Notes under the pieces: model-generated
Database searches by the model: none
Told to the model about the DNA's origin: nothing
What the model saw: the letters and a program-made list of their open reading frames with translations, nothing else
Position numbers and translations under genes: made by a program
Origin: Negaprion brevirostris
Lineage: Eukaryota
Direction of reading: 5' to 3'
DNA length: 64,000 bases
Assembly (NCBI GenBank): GCA_030324005.1
Contig: JARDVH010000110.1
Coordinates: forward strand, 31,195,081 to 31,259,080
Shown here: positions 1 through 13,166 of the stretch, one piece after another
Position numbering within the stretch: position 1 is the stretch's first letter
Layout: every line of letters starts with the position of its first letter

Positions 1-1414
1 ACTGTGCTCCCTTAACCTCTAACTGGTGCGTGACCACATGCTGTGAATCATATTGGTCCACACCCAGTATCCTAACAGTCATCACGATGCTTTCATTTTG
101 TAGCAATCTGCGTTTGATCAGCCCTGGCAAAAATGAAAACAATGACTATCAGATGACAAGAGCTAGATGACCTAGTTTTGAGTCTGGTGTACAACACAAC
201 ATACCTGTCCATCAGGCATATGGTTTAAAAAAAAAAAACCACCACACAAAATTTGAATTAAATAATGTTTGCATTATGTGCTTAATTATGTAGCATTTTG
301 CTAGCCTTAATGAGAACTGAGTTAACAGACAATGAACTGATTGAATCTTTTTGATTTTTGGAAAGCAATTTGACATAGTTAACCTTTTCTTTGTGCTTTA
401 CGTAGGTTCAGATAATGTTTGTTTTTGCAATAATTAATTAAATAGCGTTGGTCATAAACCCTGGTTGTACTGTTTTTTTCTGTATAATCTTCATCAGCAA
501 TATGGTGGGGCTTTCACTAGTGATGTAAGTCTTGGCGTAACCGAAATATTTGTAATCAATGAAATTTGTAAAATGCATGCAAGCACCTGGTGTTAGCCCT
601 GCATGTCCTTGGGAGTTGACTGTTTTGGGAATGGGATCTGCATCAGTGTAATAAGTTCACAACACAAACCTTATTCTGAATGAACCAGAAATGTTTAGCG
701 TCTAAAAATGTAAGACGCATATTATAACTTTGAAATACAAGCAGAAGTTGCTCAGGAGTAAGGGCTCATTGGAACATACCATTGGAGCAACGGCCCCAAG
801 GAAAGCTACAGCAGATAAGTAGGAGGTAGCCAGGGTAATCGATGCCAATGCTTCTACTTCAGCTTAGTTTAAAANNNNNNNNGATTTGAATCTTTGACTC
901 TGAAATTAGGTGATGTGATTTAGAACCTGGCTTTCACCTTGAAATATTTTTCCTTTACACCCTTACTCACCTCATCTATAAAATGTCTTACATGGAATTC
1001 AATTAATTGTTATATGTCCCTCTCATAACACCTATTATGGGCTGAGTGTTGACATCAGAATCTTGCTGTGTGCCATCTCTAGCTCTCCATGTGGGTGAAA
1101 CACTGCACACCCTGGGGAAGAAGGTTGTCAAGATTGTTTGAGATGGGGAGATTGGAGGTGATAGGTCAGCTGCAGCTTTATCATGTTTTTTTTTCCCTGA
1201 TCACAAACATTACAGCAGATTAATAGTGTAATATTCTTTCCTGTTGACTTAGGTCTTGTATTTTATTGTAGTACATCTTTAAGAGGATGAATGTGTCCGT
1301 ATACATCACTAGAAGGGAAATGATTGTGCATTGTGTGTTCTGGATTTAGTTTCACTTCTGTTTTAAGAAGCAGAGAAGGCAGCTCCTAAAGTTTCCAAGT
1401 TTTATGGACACGCA

Positions 1415-1985
1415 TACAAATATACGAATTTGGAGCAGGAGTAGGCCACTTGGCTCCTCCAGCCTGCTTCACCATTCAGTAAGATGATAGCTGATCTGAC
1501 TGTTACCTCAACCCCGTATTTCCACCGACCCTGATAACCTTTCACCACTTGTTAATCAGGAATCCATCTAACTCTGCCTTAAAAATATTCAAAGACTTTT
1601 CCACTGCCTTTTGCGGAAGAGAGTTCCAGAAATTCATGACATTCTGAAAGAAAAAAAATTCTTTTCTTCTCCAGCTTAAAGAAGTAAACCCTTACTTTTA
1701 AACCATGACTTCTAGTTCTAGGTTTTCCCAAAGGAGGAAACATCCTCTCCACATTGACTCTGTCAATATCCCTCAGAAACTTAAAGGATTCAATCAAATT
1801 TTCTCTTATTCTTCTAAATTCTAATGGCTACACAAACATGACATCTCCAGCCTTTCTTCATAAGACAACCTGCCCATTCTTGGAATTGGTCTAGAAACCT
1901 TCCCTGAACAGCTGCTAAAGCATTTACATCTTTCCTTAAATTAGTAGACCAAGACTGGTGTGTTCTCACCAATGCCCTGTACAAC
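1415..1985 (-). mobile_element. CR1 LINE 3' fragment
   Basis: Typical tail ggagcaggagtaggccact...; minus-strand peptide DIDRVNVERMFPPLGKPRTRSHGLKVR. Confidence 0.88.
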
Positions 1986-3759
1986 ATTTGCAATATACAA
2001 CTGTTCTCATGTGCCTGGTCTGAATAAAAGAACCTACAATGTGTTAACCACCCAATTCCTTATGAGTGATTGCTGCCTTATATCTTATACAGCAAATAAG
2101 CTCAAGGACTTGTTATAAGAACATGACATATTTGATCAAGAGAACATGTGGATACAGTTAATGATCACTTCAACTCTGAGGATGATACCTGCTAGGCCCT
2201 GGCATGTTGTTGTTAGTAATGGATGGGAAAAAAAGTACAAACTGAGTTACTGAAGAATGTATCGATGATTTGGGACGGAATTTAACCTGGACAATGAAGT
2301 CTCAGTGTTCAGCTGGTGAATTGGCGAGACCACTCTATCAGTGTTTTCTGGGAGGCCTGGCATAGTAAATGCCAAATAGGCACTTAATTGGGTAGCAGTG
2401 GGCCTTCCCTGGAATAAATGAGCTTTGAGGCATGTCTCCACCTGCTGAGAGCTGATGACCAATCAGCGAGCCCTCTCTTTCACAATGCTGGGAACTCTCA
2501 ACCAGGCAGTTATGCCTTTGAACAAGGAAGGAGCCATTCCTCCCTCCGCCCTGAAAACAGCATGCAAACGGTGTTTGCTTTTCACACTTCATGCATTGCA
2601 AGTCCCCACATGCAATTAGGTGCATACCAGCAGGAGCTGGATGAGGTACTTAAATGTGCATTAACTGGTCAGAGGCAGAAAGGTAACCCGGTCCCTAGAT
2701 GTTATTCTCTCACCCAATTAAATCAAACTCGCCACAGGAGAGGGCATTAAATTTCTCCCTTGATTAATGCATCTGTGAATAGATGACCTGTGACCATTTG
2801 TGATGTGGCATAGAAGATTAGGNNNNNNNNNNAGATTAGGGCAGTTATGAGCTTTACTGCCAGTGGCAGAGAGATGCATGTGGTGAAGGGGGTTAGGTTG
2901 CCACATGTGGTCATGACTTTTTAGCAAATTGCAGCCTCCATAAGCACTGCTCTGGATAATGGAAAATAAAAGCATACTGTATATTCTAGTATGGGATACC
3001 AATGGGTGTATGTTGTGACCTATATCCCACCTCTTCCCTCCATATGGAAACTTACATAAAGGGCATTCGCAGTGGGAAACACCATCTATGTAATGGGGAA
3101 GAGTTTGGATAATGGTAATCATGGAAAAAAAATACATTTTTACAGGTGTTAAAGCAGTTACCAGGAGCAGAAAAAAACAAGATTTTTATAATCCTTAAAA
3201 AGTATCTGCTGATTTCTTTAAATTCACTTCTATCTCTTTCCTGGTACCAATCAACTGGACAAATGTATTTTGTGGTTGCCAACATAATTGGGAAATTAAA
3301 GCAGTGATATAAAATGGAATCAATTGCATTATCTCAACCATTATTGCCTCTTCTAAATAAGCCTGCGCATTTATTTCACTATCCACTTGAAATGATAATG
3401 GTGAAAGGGATAGGAATTCACTGTAACAAATATTTGCCCCAGTTGCAAATACTATTTTAAAATTGGGCAAAATCACGCTTTAAAAAAAAACAGCCTAACT
3501 AATTTAAGCAAGTGTGCAAATGAGTGTATTCCTTGTACAAAATAAAGTGACATCTTCTCCATTTGTTGACATTACTTCTTTGGCTTCCTAGGGTCATACA
3601 TATTCAGTGTATTTATACCACATTTCTTCACCATTCTGCTGGGATTCTGTTGTGAGACTGCCAGGACCCCAAAGGTGAAGATTTATAGTCATACAGTGCA
3701 AGTTCACTAACTTACTTTTACTATCAAATCCTAGTTCCATGAACACATCTTTTAACAGG

Positions 3760-4310
3760 ATGGTTTCTTATTCTGCATTGAGTGGCTCAACTCCTCATCT
3801 TTCCAAAGCCTCTACCTGTACGGCACAGTTAGGGAATACTCTCCACTTGCTTTGACAGATATGACTGTGACTACATTGAAGAAGTGTGACACTATATGTA
3901 AAGCAGTACATTTGAATGGCATCTCTCCACTAGTCTAACCGTCTACCTCATCCACTACTGACAAATTGTTACTGCAGAGTGACTTATCCACAGAATTTTC
4001 CAAAGCTTCTTAGCCAGCACCCCTAGACCTATGATTTCCACCACACAGGACAAGAACAGCAGAAATATAGAAATAAATGCTGCTGAGGATATCTCTTCAA
4101 GTCACACTGCATCCTGACTTGAATCTATTTCTTCACTGCCACTGGTTCAAGATCCTGAACTCTTTATTTACCAATATTGTGGGAGCGGATTCACTACAAA
4201 TAATGCAGTGGTTCCAGAAAGCAGCCCACTGCTGCCTCCTCAGGGCAGAAACGTGGAATAAATGTCAACCTTGCAGGCAATTTGTCCCAATTGCAGAAAT
4301 GATATTTAGA
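3760..4310 (+). mobile_element. Old 3' fragment of the same L2/CR1-group LINE
   Basis: Shares gaatactctccacttg, tgcagtggttccagaaagcagcccac and ataaatg tail motifs with 42435-43698. Confidence 0.6.
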
Positions 4311-5249
4311 AAGTTTGTAACTCAGCAGCAAATGGAAATAATGCCGTGGAACTGAAGACAATAGAACTTTAACTCAATCAGATATAATTAATTGTCTGAA
4401 TAATGCTGAAAGCTTTTCTTTTCTATATGTTAGTCACAGCCATCGACGAGGACTTCTTCAGTCATGTCCTTGTTTAGAGCTCCCCAGTCACAAATAAAAA
4501 TCACGTAAACTAGCCTTTAATGAATAAATATCTAGTGGATTAAAATTGTATTAATCCTATCCTTTATTCTTCACATTGAACTATTTGTAAATGAAATACT
4601 TGGGCTATGGAATTACTGCTTATTGGTAATAAAACATTTTTTATAACCATTTTTACTCGTTACTTACAAGTTTTCTGTTAAATTATACTCTTNNNNNNNN
4701 NNNNNNNNNNNNNNNNNNNNNNNNNNNNNNNNNNNNNNNNNNNNNNNNNNNNNNNNNNNNNNNNNNNNNNNNNNNNNNNNNNNNNNNNNNNNTAGTTCTA
4801 GTTAAAAAAAAAAATCAGATTTCTCTTCTACCCTTTTGTGCTTTCTGCATCTATTCTGCCTCATTCTGCTAGGTGCATTAGCCTGTAGATTTTCATGGTA
4901 TTTTCTTTTGCTATGAGCTTTGCTGTTTGAGGGGGAGCAAGGACAAAGCAGAGCAAGACAAGGCGCAGGATGGCCCCAATCCAGCAAAGCAATGAAACAC
5001 ATAGACATCTTTAAACAGAGTAACGATACAGGAATATTTTTCTACATTGTTAAAGTTGCATTAAAAACACAACAATTTTAATCATTGAGGCGAGAAAGGT
5101 TCACGTGTGATTGCTGTTAGGAAAATTATCAGTGTGGCTCCAACATATATGCGTGCAAGTTCTGCCTCTGAACCCGTGCTGACTCATGTGTGTAATTTTG
5201 TAACAGGTGGGCACAATAACCTCAAGAAGCAAATGTTGAAGAAGAATTT

Positions 5250-5575
5250 CATGGAATCCCTACCATGCAGAAGGAGGCCATTTAGCCTGTCAAGTCTGCA
5301 TTGACTCTTACCCAGGCATACCCTCTAACCCCACATATTTACCCCCTCAATCCCCCTAACCCATATATCCTGGGACACTAAGGGACAACATAGCTCAGCC
5401 AATCCACCTAACCTGGACTTCTTTGGAATGTGGGAGGAAACCAGAGTACCGAGAAGAAACCAACACAGACATGTAGAATGTGCAAACTCCACACAAACAG
5501 ACACAGGCTGGAATTGAACCTGGGTCCCTGGCATTGTGAGGCTGCAGTACATTCCCCTGTGCCAGCATGCCACCC
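5250..5575 (-). mobile_element. tRNA-derived SINE with CR1-type tail (HE1-like)
   Basis: Degenerate tRNA-like A/B-box head on the minus strand (gggttcaattcc), central gtgtggagtttgcacattct, CR1-like tail. Confidence 0.85.
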
Positions 5576-6948
5576 ATTTGTTCTGATTTTTTAAAAGAGT
5601 TCCAATGGATTGGTCTTGACATGTGCTTTTTTTCCCCACATTTAATCAATTGATAAAGATCAGTCCTTCATGTGGAGGAAAGACTGAATGACACAACAAA
5701 GGATTAATATGCTTTACCGTCACCCTTGGGACTTTCAGCACAAGTCCTGCTTTGAGAATTGCATAATTGTGAGCTCAAATTAGGGCTCGAGCATGCAATC
5801 AGAGACTGACAGTCCAGTCACATATTGCGAACGGTGGTCTTGTTGGACAGGTATCTTTCTGAAACTTAGATTCTTCCAGCCTATTCTGATTGGGCTAAAA
5901 GATTGTTTCAAAGAGAAGGAGCTTTCCCTGTAACCTGTTCAACATATATCCACCAACCAGCATCAAATGACTATTTAACTCATTTTACTTTTCATGGAGC
6001 ATCACTGTGCAAACTAACTGATGTTCAACTAATACAAATGGCTGAACTCCAAATGGCTATTCTTTAGTGGTGATGCACTTTGGTATACGTGGACATGAAA
6101 AACACTCTGTAATCCAAGTTATTTTCCTTTTCATCTGATACGAGTTTGGACATTTTCTGCCCAGCTACAACTCAAACTCTTAATAACTTGACTAATTTCA
6201 GCTTTACGTGAGTAGACTCAGTATGCAAAGCTCCAAAGAGCGTTGGTGTGGTCTGCGGGAAAAAAAATCATTAATCTAGATGGAGAGCTCTTTTGGTTTG
6301 AAATTTGAGAACACAGAGTAGAGGTTAGAGTTTGTTGCACCTGCAAAACTATTTTTGGAACTAGTGGTCTTGTGGCCACTTAAAGCAGGCATTATATATA
6401 AAAATAACTACAGCCTGTAACAGCCCTCTGTAAAACTGGATCATTGAAAAGTGAAAAAACATTAGGCTCTTTGCCTTGGATTCTTCAATGCCCGCTGTGC
6501 CTAACAATAGGTTGAGAAAAACATAATTGCTGTGGAGAAACAATCTTCCCTCAACTCCACACTACCTTGACTGCCCTTCCACTCATTGTTTTGCACCTCC
6601 ATTCATTTCCTGGAACTTACCATTGGGTCTCTGCTCATGAGGTAAGCAACCTGATATTTATTTACTTCAAATAAGTCCCAATGGTGTTGATAGCTCACCC
6701 AGGTACTATTAGTCAGGCATAATGCCTCCTTTTGAATCCATCTCAAACCCTCCAGCACAGGCATGTAATGAAGCTGAATTTCTGGTTTTATATTTGAAAC
6801 CCGGTTCTGATTAATTTCTACATTGTGGTTCTTTAGATATGGCATTGTACATTAACTCACTTGCATGAAGAGGAATTATTTGACAATAATTATTAATAAA
6901 TAGCCATGCTATTGGGCACTTCGCAGCAACAGACATAACAGACATAAT

Positions 6949-7074
6949 GGCTGGTATTTTACAACCTTGCTCGGGTGAGGCTGGTAAAATCCCACCCGAG
7001 ACCAACAGAGAATTCCGTTCTGCAAGCCTCATCAGCCCCAATTCCAGGGCAGGCATGCCAGTAAAATTCCAGCC
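6949..7074. mobile_element. ~126 bp Harbinger-type MITE
   Basis: TIRs ggctggtattttac / gtaaaattccagcc, TSD aat/aat. Same family as 19588-19713 and 61512-61638. Confidence 0.8.
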
Positions 7075-7160
7075 AATAAATAGAGCAAATGTCATTTCTG
7101 AACTATGAGTTTCTAAACAAGAAAAGGAAAGTTTATCAGGTAAACATGATGTTATTTTCT

Positions 7161-7500
7161 ATTCCCATAGAAAGTTTACAGCACAGAAAGAGGCCATTTG
7201 TCCCATCATATCTGTGACAGCCAGAAAACAACAACTCACCACCCTCACTCCACCCCACCCCCCCCACCCCCACCCCCACCCCCATCCCNNNNNNNNNNNN
7301 NNNNNNNNNNNNNNNNNNNNNNNNNNNNNNNNNNNNNNNNNNNNNNNNNNNNNNNNNNNNNNNNNNNNNNNNNNNNNNNNNNNNNNNNCTGGAAGTGCAG
7401 ATCCAAACACTTTTTCAATGAATTCAAGGTTCCTATCTCTATTACCCTTTTAGGTGGTGAGTTCCAAGCCCCCACAACCCTCTGGGTGAAAAAAAAATTA
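7161..7500 (-). mobile_element. CR1 LINE 3' fragment (gapped, with C-rich simple repeat)
   Basis: catagaaagtttacagcacagaaagaggccatt tail; gagttccaagcccccacaaccctctgggtgaaaaa. Confidence 0.7.
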
Positions 7501-8804
7501 TTGTCACTTTTCTTGACACAGCATTGTTCATTTTCTTTAGAAGAAGGTCAAGATGAGGTCTAATGTATGACAAATGATGAAAGAAAAATGACACAAAGTC
7601 AAGAGTTGATGGCTACGTTTTCTTAAAGAAAGAAAAGAAAGACTTATATTGTACATTTATCAAATAAGATATATTGTTTGTGTGATTAGTTTTCCATTAT
7701 TTAGTTCATTTTTTTTAAATGAAGCAAATGGAAGAAAGTTCTAGCAAAAGTCATGAACAATATATAATCATTAAGAACCAGAATATGTGAAAGCATATTT
7801 TTCCAGCACTAATTCCAATGTTGTCGCTGAACATTGTTGCATATTTGAATTGGGTTTAAATACCACCTGTTTTTTCTAAAGCAGACTTCACGCTCATTGC
7901 AGCATCTATATTGGAACAGCACTGATAATTTTCTTGATATAATATGTACCTGAAAACTGGACAAAAGGAAGCACTAACCATTCAACAGAATACGCTAGCT
8001 GATGGGCGATGCTTTAGATATTTAGCTTTAGCAGACAAAATACTGAGTTGTGTTAAGAGTGCTGTCGGGCTCTGGATCTCCCAGCTATCATTCCCTCTCC
8101 ACTTGACTGTTGAAGGATCGTGGGTGAGAGCTGATTGTTATGATTTCTGGGATTTGTTGCCTAATATCTGCATTTCAAATGTAGAGCTATTATAGGTCAC
8201 AATTTGTCAATGTTGGCTGAACATCTAGTATTATTTTAGATTTTGCACTGTCCCTCCCTGCTGACAGCTGTGGGACAATCAAAATGGGAAAATCTAATTT
8301 GACTGTGAAAATGGCAGATCGCTGGCCCCTCACCAGTTGCTATTTTCCTCCACTAATGGAACTGTGCACCCCAGGCAGGAANNNNNAAACCCATCAAGAA
8401 CCTGCCAAATTATGGGCTGATTATGGCCACCATTTCAATTTACTGTTATATTTCCACCAAAATGAAAAATCCTGACTTCTTTCTGCACTGTCCTTTGCTG
8501 CTAAGGTAACAGTAGTCTCTTAAGAAAAAAAAGCATGTAAATACACTATCGTACAGCATTGTTTCATTTTCCAGGACAGATGCACGTTAGAAGCTCCCCT
8601 TGAGCTATTGCTGGATTTTTTTTTGATGATAAGATATGGAACTGCTCATGTTTGAATGTGCCTCAAAACTGAAGACAAAATCTCACCACAATAAAACCAC
8701 AGCACAAGAAAAAGGACAATGTGAGAAATCATTTTTAATATGCTGGCTTGGTTTGATAGGAAAATGAACCAGAAAATGTAATTCTTTTATCACATGTTGG
8801 CCTT

Positions 8805-9812
8805 TTATTGCTCCACTGCAAACCCAACTTTCCCCTTTGGCATGGTGCTGATAGAGGCACTGCTAGTGGAGGGGTTCGCTATGTGTATATCTTCTGTAGA
8901 AATGGAAGAATCTGTTAGAGTTGGAATTACTTTGCCACTCGCTGCTGACTTTCCACATNNNNNNNNNNNNNNNNNNNNNNNNNNNNNNNNNNNNNNNNNN
9001 NNNNNNNNNNNNNNNNNNNNNNNNNNNNNNNNNNNNNNNNNNNNNNNNNNNNNNNNNNCCTTGACTTTGATTATCTCCCATTTTTGAATAGGCCAGGCCA
9101 GTTTCTGTTAGGATCTGACTACAGGGGCAAGCTTGATCCAGCACCTCCTCAGTGACAAGGGTAACCAAAGAACTAATATCTTCACTAATTTGACTCAAAC
9201 TTCTCAGCATTGCTATGTTCATCTGTTGCAGGTTTGTATCTACTTGTTTGAGGCCAACATAAATAGCACCCCATATACTGGACATATCTATCTCAAGAGA
9301 ATTCTGGATCTCAGTGAGGCCAACTTTCAAAGCACTCATCTGGTCTGCCATTCCATCCTGCAAGGCATCCTGCAAGTTTGAAAACATGGAAGCTTGCATG
9401 TCCGCTGTACCATACTTCTCTGAGGCTTGCAGCTTTGCCATGTTGAGTTGCTCAGCTGCATGCACGTCAGTAAAATTAGTATGCATGTATGCTTCAAGAT
9501 CAGCCATGGCAGCTTGTAGATCCCCACTGATTGCATTCTTAGCCTCTTGGAGCCCCAAGAACACAGCCTGAATATTCAGATCAAGCAGATCATGTGGCAC
9601 TACAACTTGCATCTGATGACACCTACGTAGCCTTGTGGATGGTCTAGAAACTGCTTCCTCCATCAGCTGTGCTACAACTGCTTGTTCTGAGGTGACTAGC
9701 TGCATTGATCGCTCCTGTGCTGAAGGTGACTGTGTTGTTTCTTGAGCCCCTCTTGTGGTTATCTTGATGCTTGATTTGGCTGGCCTCTCCAGCACCAATG
9801 GAACCGGCACAT
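8805..9812 (-). CDS. Intact large exon-like ORF with a coiled-coil region resembling the Harbinger Myb/SANT (ORF2) C-terminus; candidate terminal exon of the TRIM gene
   Basis: Acceptor gtttctttctatccgagcag|AT (phase 1). About 250 stop-free codons run to the gap at 9058 (DVPVPLVLE...LGLQEAKNAISGDLQAAMADLEA...). After the gap an open S/T-rich frame reads CGKSAASGKVIPTLTDSSISTEDIHIANPSTSSASISTMPKGKVGFAVEQ*, with AATAAA overlapping the stop. Frame across the gap is unverified. Confidence 0.6.
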
Positions 9813-10065
9813 CTGCTCGGATAGAAAGAAACAAGCATGAAACTATCATTCAGCCAGCTGAGGACGGAGCTGTTGCCTCCAAACTCGAAAACAGTGTCAT
9901 CTAAAATGGATCTGATAGTAACATGGGGGATAATGATAGATAAAGCAACCTGTTATCATTGACAGCAGGAAGCAGTGAAAATTGCTGTTCAAGATGAAGA
10001 GAAGAACATGGTAATGATGAAAGCTCAGGTCTGATTATGATAATGGCACCAAATGAAGAGCTCAC

Positions 10066-10135
10066 TGATAGCCTCCTCTCGACAGAGGAGAAGTATTTTG
10101 AGCAAGGCTTGATATAACGGCAGCTGCAGTAGTAT
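10066..10135 (-). other. Candidate 70-nt exon
   Basis: gtttctgctgtatag|AT ACT ACT...TAT CA|gtgagc. All three frames are open. The phase-1 frame gives (D)TTAAAVISSLAQNTSPLSRGGY. Usage unproven. Confidence 0.3.
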
Positions 10136-12117
10136 CTATACAGCAGAAACAATGTGCATAAAATAGGATAAAATAGTTACTGAAACTACTCTGACCACTA
10201 ACTCAAGTTTAATAGTTAAAATGTTGTTTAACTATGAAGGAGCAACCTCAAAGCTTTGGGATATGGCCAGTGTGAAAGATTTCAACATCCTAAACATAAA
10301 GTGTACAGGACAAAGATAGTTGAAAGGGTAGGGTTGTTGTGTTCTTACAATCATAATTTCCACATGAAGCCAATAAGATCAGGCATATCACTAAACTAAT
10401 ATCCTTCAACTTCAGCCAGAGATAGTTAGACTCCAGGGCGTGTAATTTGGGTTCATAGAATTCAAATCTCCCTCCACCCAAAGGAAGGAAGTCAGTACAG
10501 AGTGTTACTTTCCTCCTAGTTGTGTAAACTACATTGTTTTTTAGCTAGATTGTAATTTCCCTGATATCGTGAGGGTCCAGGTAATAACTCCTCAGAAATC
10601 CTTCCCTCATCAAAGGGGAAAGGAATTGTGTTCATGGGGTGTTTGATACAGAAGGTTAGATGAAAAAATTTAAGTTTTAAGTAATCACATGGGGTGTGNN
10701 NNNNNNNNNNNNNNNNNNNNNNNNNNNNNNNNNNNNNNNNNNNNNNNNNNNNNNNNNNNNNNNNNNNNNNNNNNNNNNNNNNNNNNNNNNNNNNNNNNAT
10801 GAAAAAATTTAAGTTTTAAGTAAACACATGGGGTGTGATCTTATTGGCCATTCACCACAGCAACCCCCCTCTCTGCTGCTGCAGCCAGGACAGAGAATTT
10901 GGCACCCAGCCAAATCTCCATTCACTGCAGCAGGACCAGAAAATCCCACTGACATGAACAGCCATAAGATCCCGCCCACAAATCTTATATTCTGAAAAGC
11001 CTGCAACTTTTTGGCTATGCAAAGAGTATAAATTGCAACACTTTCATAATATCCAGAAAAGATAACTAGCTCTTATTTCTATGAGAGAATCCCAAGTGTA
11101 AATTTTTCCTTCATACAAATACTAGACTTTGAAAGAAAAGTTGGACATCCATTAAAATCAAGGTATGTCAACTTGACCCCGAGAGTGCGAGACTATTTAG
11201 GATGGATCTCACATGGAAGTGACCCTGACAACACTCTGGTCATCCAAATGACACAGGGATATTTATAACTAATTTTTGGTGTTATATAATTAAAAGATGG
11301 CATGGAAGGCGGTCATTTGCTCAGTACCACCCATTATCCCAATTTAGGTGAGAAGACCATCTTTTTATAATTAGTTCATTATAATATACTACAATGATAA
11401 TAATTGTTATAATAATTGCCCATGCAATTTCTAAGGAATGTTTTTTCTGAATTTATTCTTGAAATGTTAGGGCTGTATAATGGTCATGTTGGTCAAACAC
11501 TCAGTCAACATATGGCATAATAAGATAATAAGACTTGAGGCCTGGTGTTCCTTTATCAGATTTTGGTTGTATTTGTTCAAACAAGCATTGTTTTTATTAC
11601 AACTGATTTTATCAGCATGGTTCCCCTGAAATTAGGGTGGGTGAGGATTGTAGAATGGCATTCCCCCTTGGCCTCAGGCACAATCTTACAAGATTCAGGT
11701 GGCCATGCCAGTAAAATCAGGGCCTAAATGCGAGTTGTCATTGCAAGGACCACTGATATGAAGGGAATGGACCGTGCATTTGCTTGGTCAACTTTGCTCT
11801 TAGAAAATGCAACTAACTGAAGGTTTTACTGAAAAGTAGTTTTTAAATTAATTAATTGTGACATTGAGCCTTCGGTCTAGATCATTCTCCTCAAAAACTG
11901 ACTTAACTTCATGAGTTTTAGCCAGTATTGTAGTGTCCAGCTCAACTTATGTTGGCTGATGGCCAGAGCCATGTGATAAAAAAAAGGCTGAGGTTGTGGT
12001 ATTGGAATGCTGCAGTAAGGAAGTGGAACTTTAATAAAATATTGTTCTGAGCGGTCAGATCATGTTGACCTCTCAAGAGGATTGTAGAATTGGCTCTTGA
12101 ACCAAAACGGTTTTGAA

Positions 12118-12222
12118 ATAAATCCTCCATCTCCCAAGTTTGGATGTGTGCACCGTATTTATTTATAATCCACATAATTAAATACGGTGCACATATCCAA
12201 ACTTGGGAGATGGAGGATTTAT
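12118..12222. repeat. Near-perfect 44-bp inverted repeat (hairpin)
   Basis: 12118-12161 pairs with 12179-12222 at 43/44 positions; 17-nt AT-rich loop. Confidence 0.95.
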
Positions 12223-12784
12223 AAAACATTTATAATGATAAATATAGCTGAGGCAACAACATTTCAGCTTCTTTCTTTGCCAAGAAGTTGAGCTAGTGTG
12301 AGGGTTTATTATTTTGCCCTTTTTTCAAGTCTTGTCTGAGATGTTGGTGTTTTGCTCCTTTTCTGACTGTGTTTCTTGTTCTGTAGTGTCAACCCTCTGG
12401 GTATTACCTGCCTTGTCCTTAGGTCACCTGTGAAGCCAATTCGTGAGGTGCTGTCAGGAATCTTGGGTTGGAGAGTACATTGTTGGTGCCTCAATTATTT
12501 CTGTGTCCGCTTTTCGAGCTGGCTCTTGGAAGACAGAGTATGACTACATGTTGCATAGTTCCTCCATCAATGTTATCTTTAGGACCACTTTTGAAGTTGT
12601 CTATGTGGGCAGTTTGAAGAGATTGCTTGCCGTATTTCTGCTTAGAAAATAGTTATTCTGTTCATTTGTTAATTACTGCATGTACCTTGACAGTTCTTTT
12701 TGCCACTGCGGCCTTAAGCCAAATCTTTATTCAACTTCCATTCCTGAGCCCGCTCTCCTTCCACAAGTACAAATTAATTTGGGT

Positions 12785-12896
12785 TTATAATGTTGCTTTT
12801 TGTTTGTTCCAAGGCATATCTAACGTTGCAGCTTCAGTATATCGTACTGTCTTTTGCTCAAGGGAAATAGGTAATGATTCTTCTGGAACAGGAGTC
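12785..12896 (-). other. Candidate alternative terminal exon (phase 2)
   Basis: tcctattcattcag|G ACT CCT...TTA TAA, translating TPVPEESLPISLEQKTVRYTEAATLDMPWNKQKATL*. AATAAA at 12726-12731 (minus). Phase-compatible with exon 6. Confidence 0.28.
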
Positions 12897-13166
12897 CTGA
12901 ATGAATAGGATGTTCTGAAAACTTTATATTGCTGTCCTCATCCCAGTTGGGGATTGCAGAGGTGTTCCAGTTTTAGTTAGCATTAAAGAGCCATCACATC
13001 AAATTCAGAATTTGTTAGTGACATTATTCTGTTAGTGACATGAGAGGTACTTATTTAATTCCCTCCNNNNNNNNNNNNNNNNNNNNNNNNNNNNNNNNNN
13101 NNNNNNNNNNNNNNNNNNNNNNNNNNNNNNNNNNNNNNNNNNNNNNNNNNNNNNNNNNNNNNNNNN

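Noticed and set aside
1347-1360. ISRE-like tagtttcacttc motif
   Set aside because: A single short imperfect match far from the TRIM 5' end; expected by chance.
2619-2682. Plus-strand exon-like segment GAYQQELDEVLKCALTGQRQK
   Set aside because: Poor pyrimidine tract, no recognisable protein and no partner exons.
9780-9812. DVPVPLVLE as a remnant of the PRY start motif (xLTLDPNT)
   Set aside because: The similarity is too short and no further B30.2 motifs follow.
10660-10837. ~40-bp direct repeat flanking a 100-N gap
   Set aside because: Overlapping contig ends with one substitution; most likely an allelic/assembly duplication.
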